DNA of 62,920 nt, filler included, from Globobulimina sp. (Eukaryota): NCBI GenBank assembly GCA_003354225.1. It is 47 parts of 47 records of this genome, joined end to end, with 100 filler letters (N's around TTAATTAATTAA, not from the genome) between each part and the next. Parts side by side here need not be neighbours in the genome. Positions count along the whole stretch, not along the records: positions 22,808 to 24,048 come from PIVH01020283.1; positions 24,149 to 25,389 come from PIVH01020284.1; positions 25,490 to 26,730 come from PIVH01020285.1; positions 26,831 to 28,071 come from PIVH01020286.1; positions 28,172 to 29,412 come from PIVH01020287.1; positions 29,513 to 30,753 come from PIVH01020288.1; positions 30,854 to 32,094 come from PIVH01020289.1; positions 32,195 to 33,435 come from PIVH01020290.1; 39 more parts are not named here. One strand, written 5' to 3'. A program made the translations under genes and the position numbers. The notes under the pieces were generated by a model. That model searched no databases. It was not told the origin of the DNA and was given only the letters and a program-made list of their open reading frames with translations. Below are positions 23,376 through 36,217 of the stretch, piece by piece. Within the stretch, counting starts at the first letter, position 1. Each line of letters starts with the position of its first letter.

Positions 23376-23924
23376 TTAAATTATCTCCATATTCCAATAT
23401 CAATAACAAACGCAATCTCAATATATGTTGATCCAGTTACCAAAATATATCATGTTTCCAACAAACCCTTAATTCCTTCGAACTGGTACATTCATCAAAA
23501 TAATTCAGGGCATATTTGTAATTTGTATGCATTTCCTTCACAGCATATGTTCACTGTGCATTATTCAAATGGTGACTTATTATTTTTTCACGATCACGAT
23601 CACGATCTCTGCAGTTTGAATAAATCCAATTGCAATGTAATTTTGCGTCTATCAAATATATCAAACATTGCTGTATTTAATGCTCGCAAAAAATCAGAAT
23701 TCGAATTGATTGCATTTTTAAGTGATGATATTATAAAGAATAATATGGTTGGATTTATTGATATAAATCGAAATCAGATAATTCTTAATGGTCAGAAAGC
23801 CAACAAAGACGCTTCTCAAATTGTGAAATACGTTGAATTGTCACCATATTTCCCAGAGATTAACAAAAAATACAATTACAAAGAAACAATGGAAATTGTT
23901 CGATTAAGTCTTTGTCGTTTATGA
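23376..23924 (+). CDS. Hypothetical protein, C-terminal part, apparently unrelated to the upstream oxidase
   Basis: Frame is open upstream of the 23523 ORF start; no oxidase motifs. Confidence 0.4.
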   Translation, partial: LNYLHIPISITNAISIYVDPVTKIYHVSNKPLIPSNWYIHQNNSGHICNLYAFPSQHMFTVHYSNGDLLFFHDHDHDLCSLNKSNCNVILRLSNISNIAVFNARKKSEFELIAFLSDDIIKNNMVGFIDINRNQIILNGQKANKDASQIVKYVELSPYFPEINKKYNYKETMEIVRLSLCRL

Positions 23925-24015
23925 GTCAGAGTCAGAGCCGAGCCGAGCCGAGTCAGAGTGTAGTGATCGAGTTGACATGGTTTTAGTGATCGAGTCGAGC
24001 CGAGTTGACATGGGT
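23923..24015. repeat. GAGTCA/GAGCC low-complexity repeat; a related GAGTCA run lies at about 35200-35221
   Basis: gagtcagagtcagagccgagccgagccgagtcagagt, plus duplicated agtgatcgagt and gagttgacatgg. Confidence 0.7.
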
Positions 24016-24148
24016 TTTTTTACTATTATTATCAGCTAACCAAACCCANNNNNNNNNNNNNNNNNNNNNNNNNNNNNNNNNNNNNNNNNNNNTTAATTAA
24101 TTAANNNNNNNNNNNNNNNNNNNNNNNNNNNNNNNNNNNNNNNNNNNN

Positions 24149-24754
24149 GTTCCGTTTTTTAGTGTTTTTATCGTTTTCATTCCGATAATAAGTCCAAAAA
24201 TGATAATTAAAATGGTTTTCAATGAAACGAACAAAATCATCAAAAGTCAGTTGAGTGTAAATTAAATCGGCAAAGCATTTCTGTGCGCATCGCAACATTA
24301 AAATGTCATACGGCGACTCTTTATCTTGTGTGTTTATGTTTGGATTTATGTATTTTGTGTAATCCTTATTATTGCCATAAGTGGCTGGCCAATGGGAGTG
24401 GATAAATGGTGCCATATCCTCACAATCATAGTCACCGTCAACATCTAGATCTAGACTCAAATTATTAACATAGTCATTTAAGGTACTTTGCGTATTTTTA
24501 ACTAATAAATGGGTCTGCCAATTGGTGAAGTAATCCAATGATTGATTTAAAGGCTTCGGTCCTTTGTTCATATAAATGGTTGGATTTATATCTAAATTCT
24601 CAGGGAAGTTTGAATTTGAATTTGAGGACAACAGTGAGGATGCTTTAGATGCATTTTTTTTAGTTTTATTGGTTTTTTTTGAATGCTTTGCAATTAAATC
24701 GATGGCTTTGGTTGAATGCGATGATGTAAATATTGGAAATAATATACATTCCAT
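24149..24754 (-). CDS. Hypothetical protein, partial
   Basis: ORF of about 200 codons running into the linker. Confidence 0.45.
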
Positions 24755-25491
24755 TAGATTTGGTGTAAATGTGCTGGAATTTTTGGTTTGTAATGAAATG
24801 AAACTATCCTGATCAACCTCAGTATGATTGCTCTGTGTAATAATAATATTTCAGACGTATCCTTGCGCGCATTCATCAATGCAAAACTAAACTGTTTTAA
24901 TATTGCTGTGATTCGATAGTGCGGAGTTTAGGATATGAACTCGTCTGTAATATTAATAAAAATAATAATTTTCAATGTGTCACGATAATTAATTAACTGT
25001 TTAAATTGTTTATGATTTTGTGATAGATTCAAGACCGCGCGAGGCTTTTTCCGACCCATTATGTTCAAGTAAGACTCAAGTAAAAAAACGCCGTTTCAAA
25101 ATTAAGCATGCCACTCTGGTCATTATTTGCAATATCCGTGCTGACTATTGGCACCAAATCGCAATGTTCAGACCCAACCAAATTTGATTGTGAAAGTGGA
25201 ATCCCACTTTGCATCGAAATGTCTCAAGTGTGTGATGGAACATTTTGATCGCATCGTGGGGACTGCGCCGAACATAAAACGTCAATCCTGACTAAACTGC
25301 CCTAACTCCATTCATAGCTGTTCCACATCCAGACGGGGACTTTTAAATGCTCATAGTCCGTAGCAGTCTCATCAATTGCAACCTGAAACNNNNNNNNNNN
25401 NNNNNNNNNNNNNNNNNNNNNNNNNNNNNNNNNTTAATTAATTAANNNNNNNNNNNNNNNNNNNNNNNNNNNNNNNNNNNNNNNNNNNNAA

Positions 25492-25978
25492 TTCAATGGT
25501 TGTGACAGTGATGGTGATTGCGAAACAGATGAAATATGTTATACTGTCAATCAATGCGATGATAATGATATCTTTTATGATGAATCATATTTGGCATATT
25601 CTACCATTTGTTATGCAGATACTTTATGTGACGGCATTAAAACGCAACAATTATGGACCACTGACACCGTGGTACGCATTATCGCATAGTTTATACAAAT
25701 CACAAAATTTCAGTTTCAAACTGAAAATAAATTGGAATCAAAAATCTTTGCATGCAAAATTTCAGTTTGAAACTGAATATATGTATAATAACAGTGTTTT
25801 GTTGGAGAGGATGGGAATACATATTATTCTGAGGAAGAAGCAGTGATTTGTGGTGATGGGGCCACTGGAACATGTCCAATGTCCTCAGATGTTTGCAAAG
25901 CGGCAACCGATTGTAAATCAGATAAAACCTGCTGCACAAAAGGAGGATGGGATGAAAGTCAATGTTTTGAATGTTAGG
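25492..25978 (+). CDS. Cys-rich, probably extracellular protein, C-terminal part; one intron (about 25672-25794) and an apparent 1-nt frameshift; not in the ORF track
   Basis: FNGCDSDGDCETDEICY...; CFVGEDG...ICGDG; then in a shifted frame ATGTCPMSSDVCKAATDCKSDKTCCTKGGWDESQCFEC*. Confidence 0.55.
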
Positions 25979-26573
25979 TGTTTTTATGTAGAATTTTATG
26001 CGAATTTGCGTGTAATATGCAATTGTAATAATAAATAATATTTTCTATATAGTATTATTTACAGAATATATCATTTATACATCAATTGTATTGGCCGTAT
26101 TATTATTATGTTTTTGTGGCTGTTGTTGTTGTATATATAAAGCACGGAAAAGACGCCAGACCTACGATGAGATGGATAATCAAACAAATCATTATAATGT
26201 CTATATATAACACTGCATGCAATTATTTTTACTCATTTTCTCTCTTTTTGTTGATTTTAGTTTACATTTTATTGAAATACATTTTTTTTTTGTTGCAACA
26301 GACATTCAAAATTGTCTCCTTTATTTTTCCCTGCTCTCTGATTTGTGTATCCTTAGTAACTCTGTCATTGTTTACAATAATTTAGTTTTTTTAATGTATA
26401 ATTGCCATTAAATTTGATATTTGACATCATATGGACCTTTAGTTTATGTGCAACCATTGCTTTTAAACAACATACAATGATTTAGAATTTTAGATTGTGC
26501 AATGATAAACAAAACTAGATAACAAAGTGAAAACAAAAAAAAGATTACAATCTTCAAAACACTCCGAAAAGTT

Positions 26574-26730
26574 TAATATTTTGCGGTGTATCCAACATTT
26601 GGTACTACCTTGCCAACTTTTTTGAAATTCCCGGTGTCTATTCTTATTCTCCCATATCCGCCATCACCACCATCACTACATATTCCTGGTTGGACACCTT
26701 CATATCCTTTTGGTGCTCCTTTCCCTCCAA
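26574..26730 (-). CDS. C-terminus of a glycine-rich protein
   Basis: Minus frame reads GGKGAPKGYEG...SDGGDGGYGRIRID...VGYTAKY*. Confidence 0.5.
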
Positions 26731-26830
26731 NNNNNNNNNNNNNNNNNNNNNNNNNNNNNNNNNNNNNNNNNNNNTTAATTAATTAANNNNNNNNNNNNNN
26801 NNNNNNNNNNNNNNNNNNNNNNNNNNNNNN

Positions 26831-26975
26831 CAAAATAAATACAGTTCTTCAAATTATTGCAGCCACAATGTTCTTTTTTATCACTATTCTCATGATCCAA
26901 GTTTGCAGCCGATGCATTGGTGGTAGTTTCTGCTGATTGTTGTGTTGTAATTAAACCTAATTCTGTTGTCGACAT
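26831..26975 (-). CDS. Hypothetical protein, N-terminal fragment
   Basis: MSTTELGLITTQQ... open to the contig end. Confidence 0.35.
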
Positions 26976-27106
26976 ATTTAACAAAAACACCTAAACCATG
27001 CTGTAAATGCCATGGTCAGTTGACTCAAAAGAAGATAAAAAAAACACCAGTAACAACAAGTAACATTTTAATTAATTCGTTATCCCTGATTTTGTAGTTG
27101 TAGGTA

Positions 27107-28071
27107 ATGAATCCAATTGATCCCGAACTGTTGTCATTAACAAATGAATTATCTCAATTAGGAGGCAGTCGTAAGGTAAAATTAAGCAGAATTTCTGTAT
27201 TTGTAAGAGGAGTTAATACTATATCCTCACCAGTTAGTAATGTTAATTTTGTTTCATTCATTGAAGAAAATAATCAAATTATCATAAGGCACCCATCGAG
27301 TGCAAATGACATGAGATGTTATGATATTTGTAAATATTTTGGACCATCAATATCCAATGATCGAGTTTCTGCTGAGATGGTAAATAAAATAACTCTGTCA
27401 TTATTTGATGGATTTAATGTTAATTTAGTTACATACGGCGCTACAAATACTGGCAAATCACAACTATTATTTGGTTCAGACGCTGATAATATGCAATTTG
27501 ATTGTTGTGAAGGATTATTTGGTACTTTGTCAGCAAATATTCTACGGAAAATTGACCAAACAAATGATAAAATATCATTATCACTCTCATTCTGGGAAAT
27601 TGGACATAAAAAAGTTACAGATTTATTGCAACATAACACCAATCATCAAATTCGCTCACCATTTGAAATTACGTCCGTTACTGTATTAAATTGGGAGGAA
27701 ATATGCAGTGTTTGGGATATTGCCAGGCATAACAGTTCAAATTGGAATACCGGTTATGTTAAATATGTGCAATAATTCCGAAATTCTAACATGTACAAAT
27801 ATATTACACACATATTCAGTAAATACGGGTTATGAAAGTATTCCAAATGAAGCAAACCTATTTATCCAAATAAAAATATACAACCAAACTCAACAAAGGG
27901 TAACGACGCTTAATGTGATTGATTTGGTGGGCTGTCAACATACGACCCGATCATTACGAGCACACATTTCAAGAGATAAAATTGAAGAAAACAAACCAAA
28001 AAATGTCAATTTATTCTCGTTAAACAAACTTCTGCACAGTTTATGCAATCTGCATTTACAAAACAAAGATG
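27107..28071 (+). CDS. Divergent kinesin motor-domain protein; intron 27753-27819; 3' partial
   Basis: ISVFVR, LFDGFNVNLVTYGATNTGKS (P-loop), LSFWEIGHKKVTDLL, LNVIDLVG and NVNLFSLNKLL. Confidence 0.85.
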
Positions 28072-28171
28072 NNNNNNNNNNNNNNNNNNNNNNNNNNNNN
28101 NNNNNNNNNNNNNNNTTAATTAATTAANNNNNNNNNNNNNNNNNNNNNNNNNNNNNNNNNNNNNNNNNNNN

Positions 28172-28532
28172 TACCAGCGCTGACCTCAAATTGTGCAATA
28201 AAATCTTGACACGATCCATATTCATCACTTAATGCTTTACAAATATTCCCTTTACAACCACTTGATTGTGGCGCCATCGATTCCCAATAAAATGAATGAT
28301 TATAAATCTGCGCGGCTAAATTAAATATCTTACCATCTGCATTCATTATTAATTGAACTAAGGATGCATTTTGTGGCACTTTGCCCTCTGCAGCGGCTGC
28401 ATTCAATTTGCGTACATATCCTGCATGATGTTTACCGTAATGATATTCGATCGTTTCCGATGATATCCCGCCTCTTTCTAATGCATCCTTTGGCCATGGT
28501 AATGCTGGCAATATGAACCTTTGGTTTGCCAT
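28172..28532 (-). CDS. Iron superoxide dismutase, 3' partial
   Basis: [32 protein letters not shown] and [18 protein letters not shown] indicates the Fe type. Confidence 0.93.
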
Positions 28533-28603
28533 CTTTTCTAAAGCAAGTCTTTTCTAAAGTGCAAGGACAAGCATTTTCGCACTTTTTTGTATGTTGTCTT
28601 GAA

Positions 28604-29412
28604 ATGGCAGAGCCAGGCGCAGCAGGACCAGGTGCAGCGGGCCCAGGTGCAACAGAGCCAGGTGGTACGGCGCCAGGTGCCGCGGGTTGGCAAGACACAC
28701 TTGATGATGAATATGATACTAATAATATACGATTGGACGTAAATATAATTCAACCATTTTTTGAAACGACCAGCCATGATTTACCAGACAATACCAAATA
28801 CAATGCATCGCCACAATTACCGTTCAAAAATCATGAATATCCATCGTTAATAAATTTATCTAATAAATTTCGCGAAAAGGGTCCAAATAAAATAATGTAT
28901 CCACCCAAAAATGGCCCCATCGCATTAATGAAAAAATATGGTGGCTCGCCGTTAAATGACCTACCACCATATGACCCGTTTGATGAATTAACCTTTGACA
29001 TTGAAGAGCAAATAAAAGAGAAATATTCAGCAGAATTACGCAGTTTATATGCCATGCAATTTACCTATGAATTGCAAAATATCCGTGCATTGAACCGAAA
29101 TGGTTCGCTCTTAGCAGCACAGGAAGAGATATCACTGGTCACTGGCAATAACAATAAATACCACGGCATATTCATTGGCGACACCGTCGTTCGTGGACCA
29201 GACTGGAAATGGGGGCATCAAGATGGCGCCGAGGGGTTAAAAGGGACAGTACGCGGCCTTCGACAATGGCATCCCGCAGATATTTGCAATGCCATTACCG
29301 AAGTTGTAGTGTTATGGCATCATGGTTTATATGGTAATTATAGGTATGATGTATTACTACAATAAAAACGCTTGCATTGCGGGCTTTTGCTTTGCTGATC
29401 AGGTATAATTAC
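28604..29412 (+). CDS. MIB/HERC2 domain protein with N-terminal GAAGP repeats; intron about 29344-29402; 3' partial
   Basis: [23 protein letters not shown]...VVVLW..G..GNYR|Y is the MIB_HERC2 signature. Confidence 0.88.
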
Positions 29413-29754
29413 NNNNNNNNNNNNNNNNNNNNNNNNNNNNNNNNNNNNNNNNNNNNTTAATTAATTAANNNNNNNNNNNNNNNNNNNNNNNNNNNNNNNN
29501 NNNNNNNNNNNNAAGTATATTTAGCATCGGTATTCAACAAGAATTTAGTTACGGATGGCTTCAGTTTGTATCAGTAACAACTGTGGGAATGTGTCTTTAT
29601 TTATCGGGTTTTGGTGCATGTTCGCTAATGGATTTTGTATCTATGTCAAAAAGAGTTCATTGGATGAGTTTATATTTGCTTCTAACGGAAGTGTTCTGTC
29701 TTTGGATGGTACACCAAGGATGGTGTTTTTATTTATATAATATCAAAGTGAATG

Positions 29755-29955
29755 ATATTAAATACTAAATATATATCTGTTATTAAATACTAAATATCAT
29801 TATAAATATTAAATATAAATAATAAATGTTAAACATAAATTCTAAATGTTAAATAATAAATTTTAAATATAAATTTTAAATACTAAATATAAATATTAAA
29901 TGCTAAACTATAAACGCTAAATATAAACCTTAAATGTTAAAGATAAACTTTAAAC
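29755..29955. repeat. Degenerate AT-rich tandem repeat (aaat(a/g)(c/t)taaatata units)
   Basis: Many imperfect copies of taaatactaaatat and taaatgttaaa. Confidence 0.7.
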
Positions 29956-31095
29956 GTCTTGTAATAATTAAACTTAGTGTCTGATGTTTTTGCATGATTT
30001 TAGTGTAGCTCAGTCTCTCAAAAACCTCATTTCTCTCCCTTTCATCAACAACAATGTCAATTGACTCAATTAGAAACCGATCCAATTGGGGATTATATAA
30101 ATTCAGTGCTGATTTCCGGTCGCAATTATTAACAAGTTTTGAGTATATTTATTTTATGCATAACATATCAAACAATTATCACTTTTGGAGCAACTTTAAA
30201 CTTTTTTCCACCGTTTAATTATTAAAGATTTTTCATCACCTTTGATTTTGCTTAAGTACTGCTACCACTCCCTGTCTGCTCTCAGCAAAGCCAAGAGCCA
30301 CTAGTCACCGTCACTACAAACCATAGTGATTGCAAGCATGGATAATCAGCAATTGATGATTGAAGCATTCGCATAGCTCAAGCAGAGCACTGGATGCCTC
30401 CAGAGATTCAGCTTCAAATCCTGATGCAACTCGTTGTTAAGTTCCAAATCTGCCTTAATTCCATGTTGAGGCAGATCTGTTCAAATTTTGATGGTACGTC
30501 GTGTCTTTGTCTTTCGGTTTGATCGAAGCGAAGCAAGTTTTAAAGTTACTCTAAATCAAAACCAGCATTCTCATAATTCGAATCCCGTAAATGAGCAAAA
30601 TTGGTGATACGAGGGTAACGAGGCAGCCATATGTATTCTTGTTTTGAGGTCATTTGAGGTGTTTGTTTGTCTCACTAAGAAGTTACTATATACCATATGG
30701 TCAAAATCAATACAAAAATTCAATCTTAATGCACATTGTCTATATTGTTGTGANNNNNNNNNNNNNNNNNNNNNNNNNNNNNNNNNNNNNNNNNNNNTTA
30801 ATTAATTAANNNNNNNNNNNNNNNNNNNNNNNNNNNNNNNNNNNNNNNNNNNNAGAAAAGCAGCTATGACGCGCCGGATATATCAGTCACAATCGGTTTG
30901 TAGTTCTGTTTTAATTGCATTTGAACTCCAGTACATAGCGCAAAACGTTTCTAACCTTCCTGTAAATACTTTGCTTGCTTCATATCCTATGACTCCCTGC
31001 GACATAAATTTCACCCAAACCAAACCATAGAAACGCTTTCCAATATTACTGCACATTGAAAAACCCACACAGCGACAGGTGCGGCGCCACAGCAA

Positions 31096-32094
31096 GTGAT
31101 AGAAATATTGAAACGGCAAGAAAATATGTTATACCGTATCCAGACGCAAATGACCGCATTGGATAAGCAAATCCATCAAATCGAGCACCACAACACGGCC
31201 TACGACGACAACGACGGCAAATTACGCGAATGCATGCTGGAATTGCAATACTTGAAAACCTCCGCCATTGCTGGCATCAACGCTGAATTGGCCAGTTTGA
31301 AGATGGAGTTGTTCGACACCTTCGAGAGTATCAGCATCAGCGCAGCGTACAACGTGTCGCAAGATATCAAGCACGACTTACATGCCATGAACAATAAGAT
31401 CAGTAATTCGGTGCGGCTCTGGGGCAACGACTGGAATGTCAAGAAGCGGATATTAAGCAATCAGCAGAAATTGGACCACGTTTTGTTCAAAGCGCAGAAG
31501 ATTTTGGGCAAATATGAGGAGCAGCAAAGCAACCTAAAAAGCATCAAATATCACCGCAACAGGGACATTAAGATGAATGTGCCGCAGTTCATAGCGGAGA
31601 TGGACAGCATTCGCAGCTCGCTCAAGTCGATGGACCATTACTTGAACACCTTTGTGTTCGATCGCTTGTCTCGTATGGAAAATGCGTTGGTGCGCATCTT
31701 TGAGCAAAGCAGCAATTTGCAGGACCCTCAAAACGACCAAAACAACAAAATCATTAAACGTTTCTCTGTGGACGAACTGATGAATCAGTTGGACTCTCAA
31801 CGGTTGCATTTCGAAGGCCAATTAAAAAACAAATCGCATAAAATCAGCAATCAAAAGGAAGAATTGGCGCTACTGCAGCGGCGATTGGACGCGGAGAGGG
31901 AGCGAATCCAACGCGAAAGCGAGCAATTTACGGACTTAAAAGGAAAATGCGAACGCCAGCAAGCGGCCAACAAGCAGTTGCAATTTGAGCTAAAATCGAT
32001 GAAATCGCAGTTGGAGAGAGCGGCCCTGTTCGATTATAGCGACAGCGGTGCGGCGGCACCGACCGCAGCGGCGCAGACACCCAATAAATTACTG
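31096..32094 (+). CDS. Long coiled-coil protein, partial
   Basis: More than 330 codons open, heptad-like Q/E/L/K-rich composition. Confidence 0.7.
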
Positions 32095-32408
32095 NNNNNN
32101 NNNNNNNNNNNNNNNNNNNNNNNNNNNNNNNNNNNNNNTTAATTAATTAANNNNNNNNNNNNNNNNNNNNNNNNNNNNNNNNNNNNNNNNNNNNTAATAA
32201 ACAACAACAATCTCGACCAAGCCCTAAACGACGGGATCTCCACAAACTTCATATTGCATTACAAAAAGGCGACACCCAATTTGTCAAAGATTGCATCGTA
32301 AATGCGGTGCGACACGAGGTATGATAAAAAGGTGGTGCGTCAGGATGAGATTGCAATTGCAAATGGCATTCAAGCTATAAAACGCAAACAAGAATTGATC
32401 AGTTGTTA

Positions 32409-33300
32409 TTATCTGCTGTCATCTGCAAAACATCCCGTTTCTAACCAATATATTTCATCATCTGTCAAATACCGTTTTGCTAAGCTTCTATACTGGTAAT
32501 TATCTTCATCACTTAACACATTTTGCCATCTCTTATTCTCACCTTTATGGAAAAACTTGCTTGGATCTGTAAACAGAACAGCGAACTCACCAAATGCATC
32601 CTTATTTGATTTCATTTTTTCAAATGAACAGTTTCCGACTAGTTCATCAAACTTATTTTCATCAATTTCAACATCTAAAAACTGTGCAATTTCTCTCATT
32701 GATGCGGCCAAATCCTCTTTCAAATTATTATAATGAATAATTTTCACATTTGCCAAATGTTTCAATTTCATCCAACTTCCAATTACCCACAATTGTGACC
32801 CACATGTCCATCCATCTGGATTTCTGTATATTTAATTTAATTTATGTACAAATAATCATCAAAAAACAATTAGCAAACCCAGCATCATCTGGTTCATTCA
32901 ACATTTTATTCCAAAGATGATATTCTGTAAAAGAACCGTCCTCAAAATTGAATTTTATCAATTCTTGGAATGGATAATCTTTTCTTGCATTGCTTAAATC
33001 ATACATTGTATCTGTAAATAGCGAATACATATTGTACATCGACCAAATAATATCACGATAATCCCTCCCAACAAAAATATATCGACAGTCCGGATGAAAC
33101 GGCATACTTTCTACGGGTTCATGCGTTTTAATAATGCGACGAACAAAGTTTGCATCGTATAATTGATCATTTACTTCTTTTATCAGTACTTCTTTTGGAC
33201 TCAAACTTGTTGTAAACCATGGCGATAACGCATATCCCGATTTTTTTCCTGTTCTGCTTTCATAATCACCATTGTATAATAACTGAGCGACAATTTCTGG
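32409..33300 (-). CDS. Sulfotransferase (Sulfotransfer_1, aryl/glycolipid sulfotransferase-like); intron 32824-32878; N-terminus missing
   Basis: IVAQLL, RIIKTH, YIFVGRDYRDIIWS (3'-phosphate-binding motif), IHYNNLKEDL, CSFEKMK and FFHKGENKRW; the 55-nt intron joins the two ORFs. Confidence 0.88.
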
Positions 33301-33535
33301 TTTTGGTTTGTAATTATTTATGTGATGTGTACTGTCTGTATATGAATAGTCAATACAATACCTTGCATCCACGTTGTTCCTGCTTTGGCGGGCGTATTAA
33401 TGAAAATATCATTTGGGGATATTGTAAAATGATGCNNNNNNNNNNNNNNNNNNNNNNNNNNNNNNNNNNNNNNNNNNNNTTAATTAATTAANNNNNNNNN
33501 NNNNNNNNNNNNNNNNNNNNNNNNNNNNNNNNNNN

Positions 33536-34697
33536 CACAGACTTGTTTTATTATTAATAAAGTTATAGAATTATTAAATTTTTTACGCTGATTTGGATCT
33601 AAAGGGTTCGGGCAATCCATCATAACTTTTGACCATAAAATGTGTGTCCTGCGGACAATTATCCATCGCGTTTGCCATGAATGGAAACCCGACGCGGAGC
33701 GCTTTTCCATCCAACCACTCAATTCTGGCAATTCCACATAGCGGTCAGCAATCTCTTTAAACTCAGATATTGCCGATTTATGCCTTTTGCGCGCCTGCTC
33801 CAAATTTGACAAATCCAATGTTTGCAATATTGTAGACGGCAATTTTGTAAATGTTGGCAAATATCCTTCATTATTTTTCTTTATATGTTTACTGTCACAC
33901 TTTTTTGTTTCAACATCAATTGTAAACTGGTAATACGAATCCTTATTATTACCAAATTTATGTGCCGCCTCTTCATACAATACATGATGTATAATGTTTA
34001 GTTCTTCCATTTCTCTGCATAACGCAACGCCATGGTTTGCATGTAAACATAAATTATTTCCCACCATCACTGAAATTGCTTCTGTTCCAATAAAACAGTC
34101 TTTTGTTAGAAACGTGTGAGAATATCAACAGTAATCAACTATAATCAAATAAGGTTAACAAAAAAGTATAAGCAGACCTGTAAATGTATGTAATTTATAT
34201 TTTCTCTCTTGTTTATCAACTAAATCATATAATTGTTGAGCAATCTGTTTAATTAATATTCCGGTCTTAGATATCTGTGGCAATTCAGAACTGCTTGGAA
34301 GTATCCACCGTTTTTTTTTATTGATTCTGAATTCATGGATATGTGCTATATCATCGTTATTGATTGTTGCTGCTGATTGTGACTGGTTGAGATTGAGATA
34401 GGCAGTGGGCAGATAATCAATGTGTTCATGTGTTTTTGCTTTAGATCTACTCCTGTTTACTACTGCAATATCTATGTCGTCAATAAAATCTTCTTTTGCA
34501 TCCATTGCTTTATGGCTATGTACATCATCATTATCCAGATGTGTTATTTGATTAAATTTATGCTCACTCAATGTTAATTTTGTTATTTGATTAAATTTAT
34601 GTTTCTTGTTATATGATATTTGATCATCGTCTTTGGATTCATTATCATCAAAGCCTATGTCATCAATATCGCCCAATACATGTAATATATCTGACAT
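33536..34697 (-). CDS. DEP domain plus PH domain signalling protein; intron 34100-34177; partial
   Basis: RKYKLHTFT|DCFIGTEAI...IIHHV...F....YYQF (DEP); LSGWMEKRS...SWQTRWIIVR (PH). Confidence 0.85.
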
Positions 34698-35219
34698 TTT
34701 GCATGTGTTTTTGGATATATATTAATGTTATCAATATTTAGAATGGATATATATATATATATTAACCCATTGATAANNNNNNNNNNNNNNNNNNNNNNNN
34801 NNNNNNNNNNNNNNNNNNNNTTAATTAATTAANNNNNNNNNNNNNNNNNNNNNNNNNNNNNNNNNNNNNNNNNNNNCAAATCATCCTTTCAATATATTGC
34901 AACCTTTTGCTCGTTTATATGCAAAATCTACACATCCTCATCATTATGCTCTTTTGTTTGTTGTTTGTGCATTGTGGCTGTATTAATCAGACTAATACAA
35001 CTTATACAAGAGACATTTTTGATACATATTGTACATTAGTTGAATCTGTTGTTAATTTCACTAAGCTTTCGGCTAACGTAAAGAAGCCATTATCAAAGTG
35101 TTTAATTGAAGACTTAAAAATGTTCATTCGGATATTACAAATGTGTTTTTGGCAAAAAACATTAATTATTTAAGCTGTTTTTATATAATCATGCAAATTG
35201 AGTCAAGTCAGAGTCAGAG

Positions 35220-36117
35220 TCACCAATTAACCACATTCATAAACAAGTTATTTGAGTGTATATTGATCCAATTTATTAATTTATTCAATACATTTTGTGC
35301 ATCTTTTTTGCTCACAAAGGAATTCATAATAATATAAATCTCAAATTGATTTTCTTGCAATTTACAAATACTCGCATCGTTATTGCATCTCTCAAAATAT
35401 ATGTGATGATTTGGAGTGGAATGAACGTGATTATGCAAATGCTGTAATCTGCGAAATAGATTCTTTTCACCAAACGGTGTATTATATAATTTAATCGGTA
35501 TCGGTGAAATATATTGTTTTTTCTTAATATTATTATAATAAAAGGTATAAATCTGTGGATTTATAATTTTTAATATTTTATTCATAATCGTAGCTGTTTT
35601 AAATTGATACAACTGTTTAGATTTTTTAATTTGTTGAATGAGTGAGGACTGAAACAATTAATGTTCGATGGATTTGCGTAATAACTGACAGGTTTTAAAT
35701 GAGTTCTGATCCAATGTCAATATGATAATACAAATTTCTTTATCATCGCTGATCTCCGATTCATTTGAAATCTTTCCAAAATACGACACATAGCAATACA
35801 CAAAGCCAGACGGCTCAAAATGTGGCAAACAAATCGGTGTGAACACTTCAGACTGTTTCCAGGACTTACTATTCACCACAAAGTGTTGCAATAATATAAT
35901 GTCTTCGTTATGAAGCGGTCTCTTCTTTGGCTGCGTCGCTGTCACCAACACGCCACTCATAAACAACAATGAATATATCAAACACTTCTTATTTTTGCTG
36001 TCCTTCTTGCACTGCTTCATAATATTCCCAATCTCGTCCCGCATATTCTTGCTTATTTCCAATGGATAGTACGAATTGAACAAATATTTCGGACTAATGT
36101 CCGTATCATTGACCAAC
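35220..36117 (-). CDS. MON1: Vacuolar fusion protein Mon1 (SAND family), C-terminal part, with one in-frame TAA at 35658-35660
   Basis: LHNEDIILLQHFV...SEVFTPICLPHFEPSGFVYCYVSY is the Mon1 signature; the downstream ORF continues in the same frame with a longin-like tail (FEIYI...LINWI....LF). Confidence 0.82.
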
Positions 36118-36217
36118 NNNNNNNNNNNNNNNNNNNNNNNNNNNNNNNNNNNNNNNNNNNNTTAATTAATTAANNNNNNNNNNNNNNNNNNNNNNNNNNN
36201 NNNNNNNNNNNNNNNNN

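Noticed and set aside
29513-30753. Short ORFs in this contig
   Set aside because: About 60 codons, no motifs, mostly low-complexity non-coding DNA
35658-35660. Ciliate-like TAA/TAG-to-Gln genetic code
   Set aside because: Other host-like genes have long frames free of TAA/TAG and end at TAA (for example 845 and 43115); a single case is better explained by error or mutation
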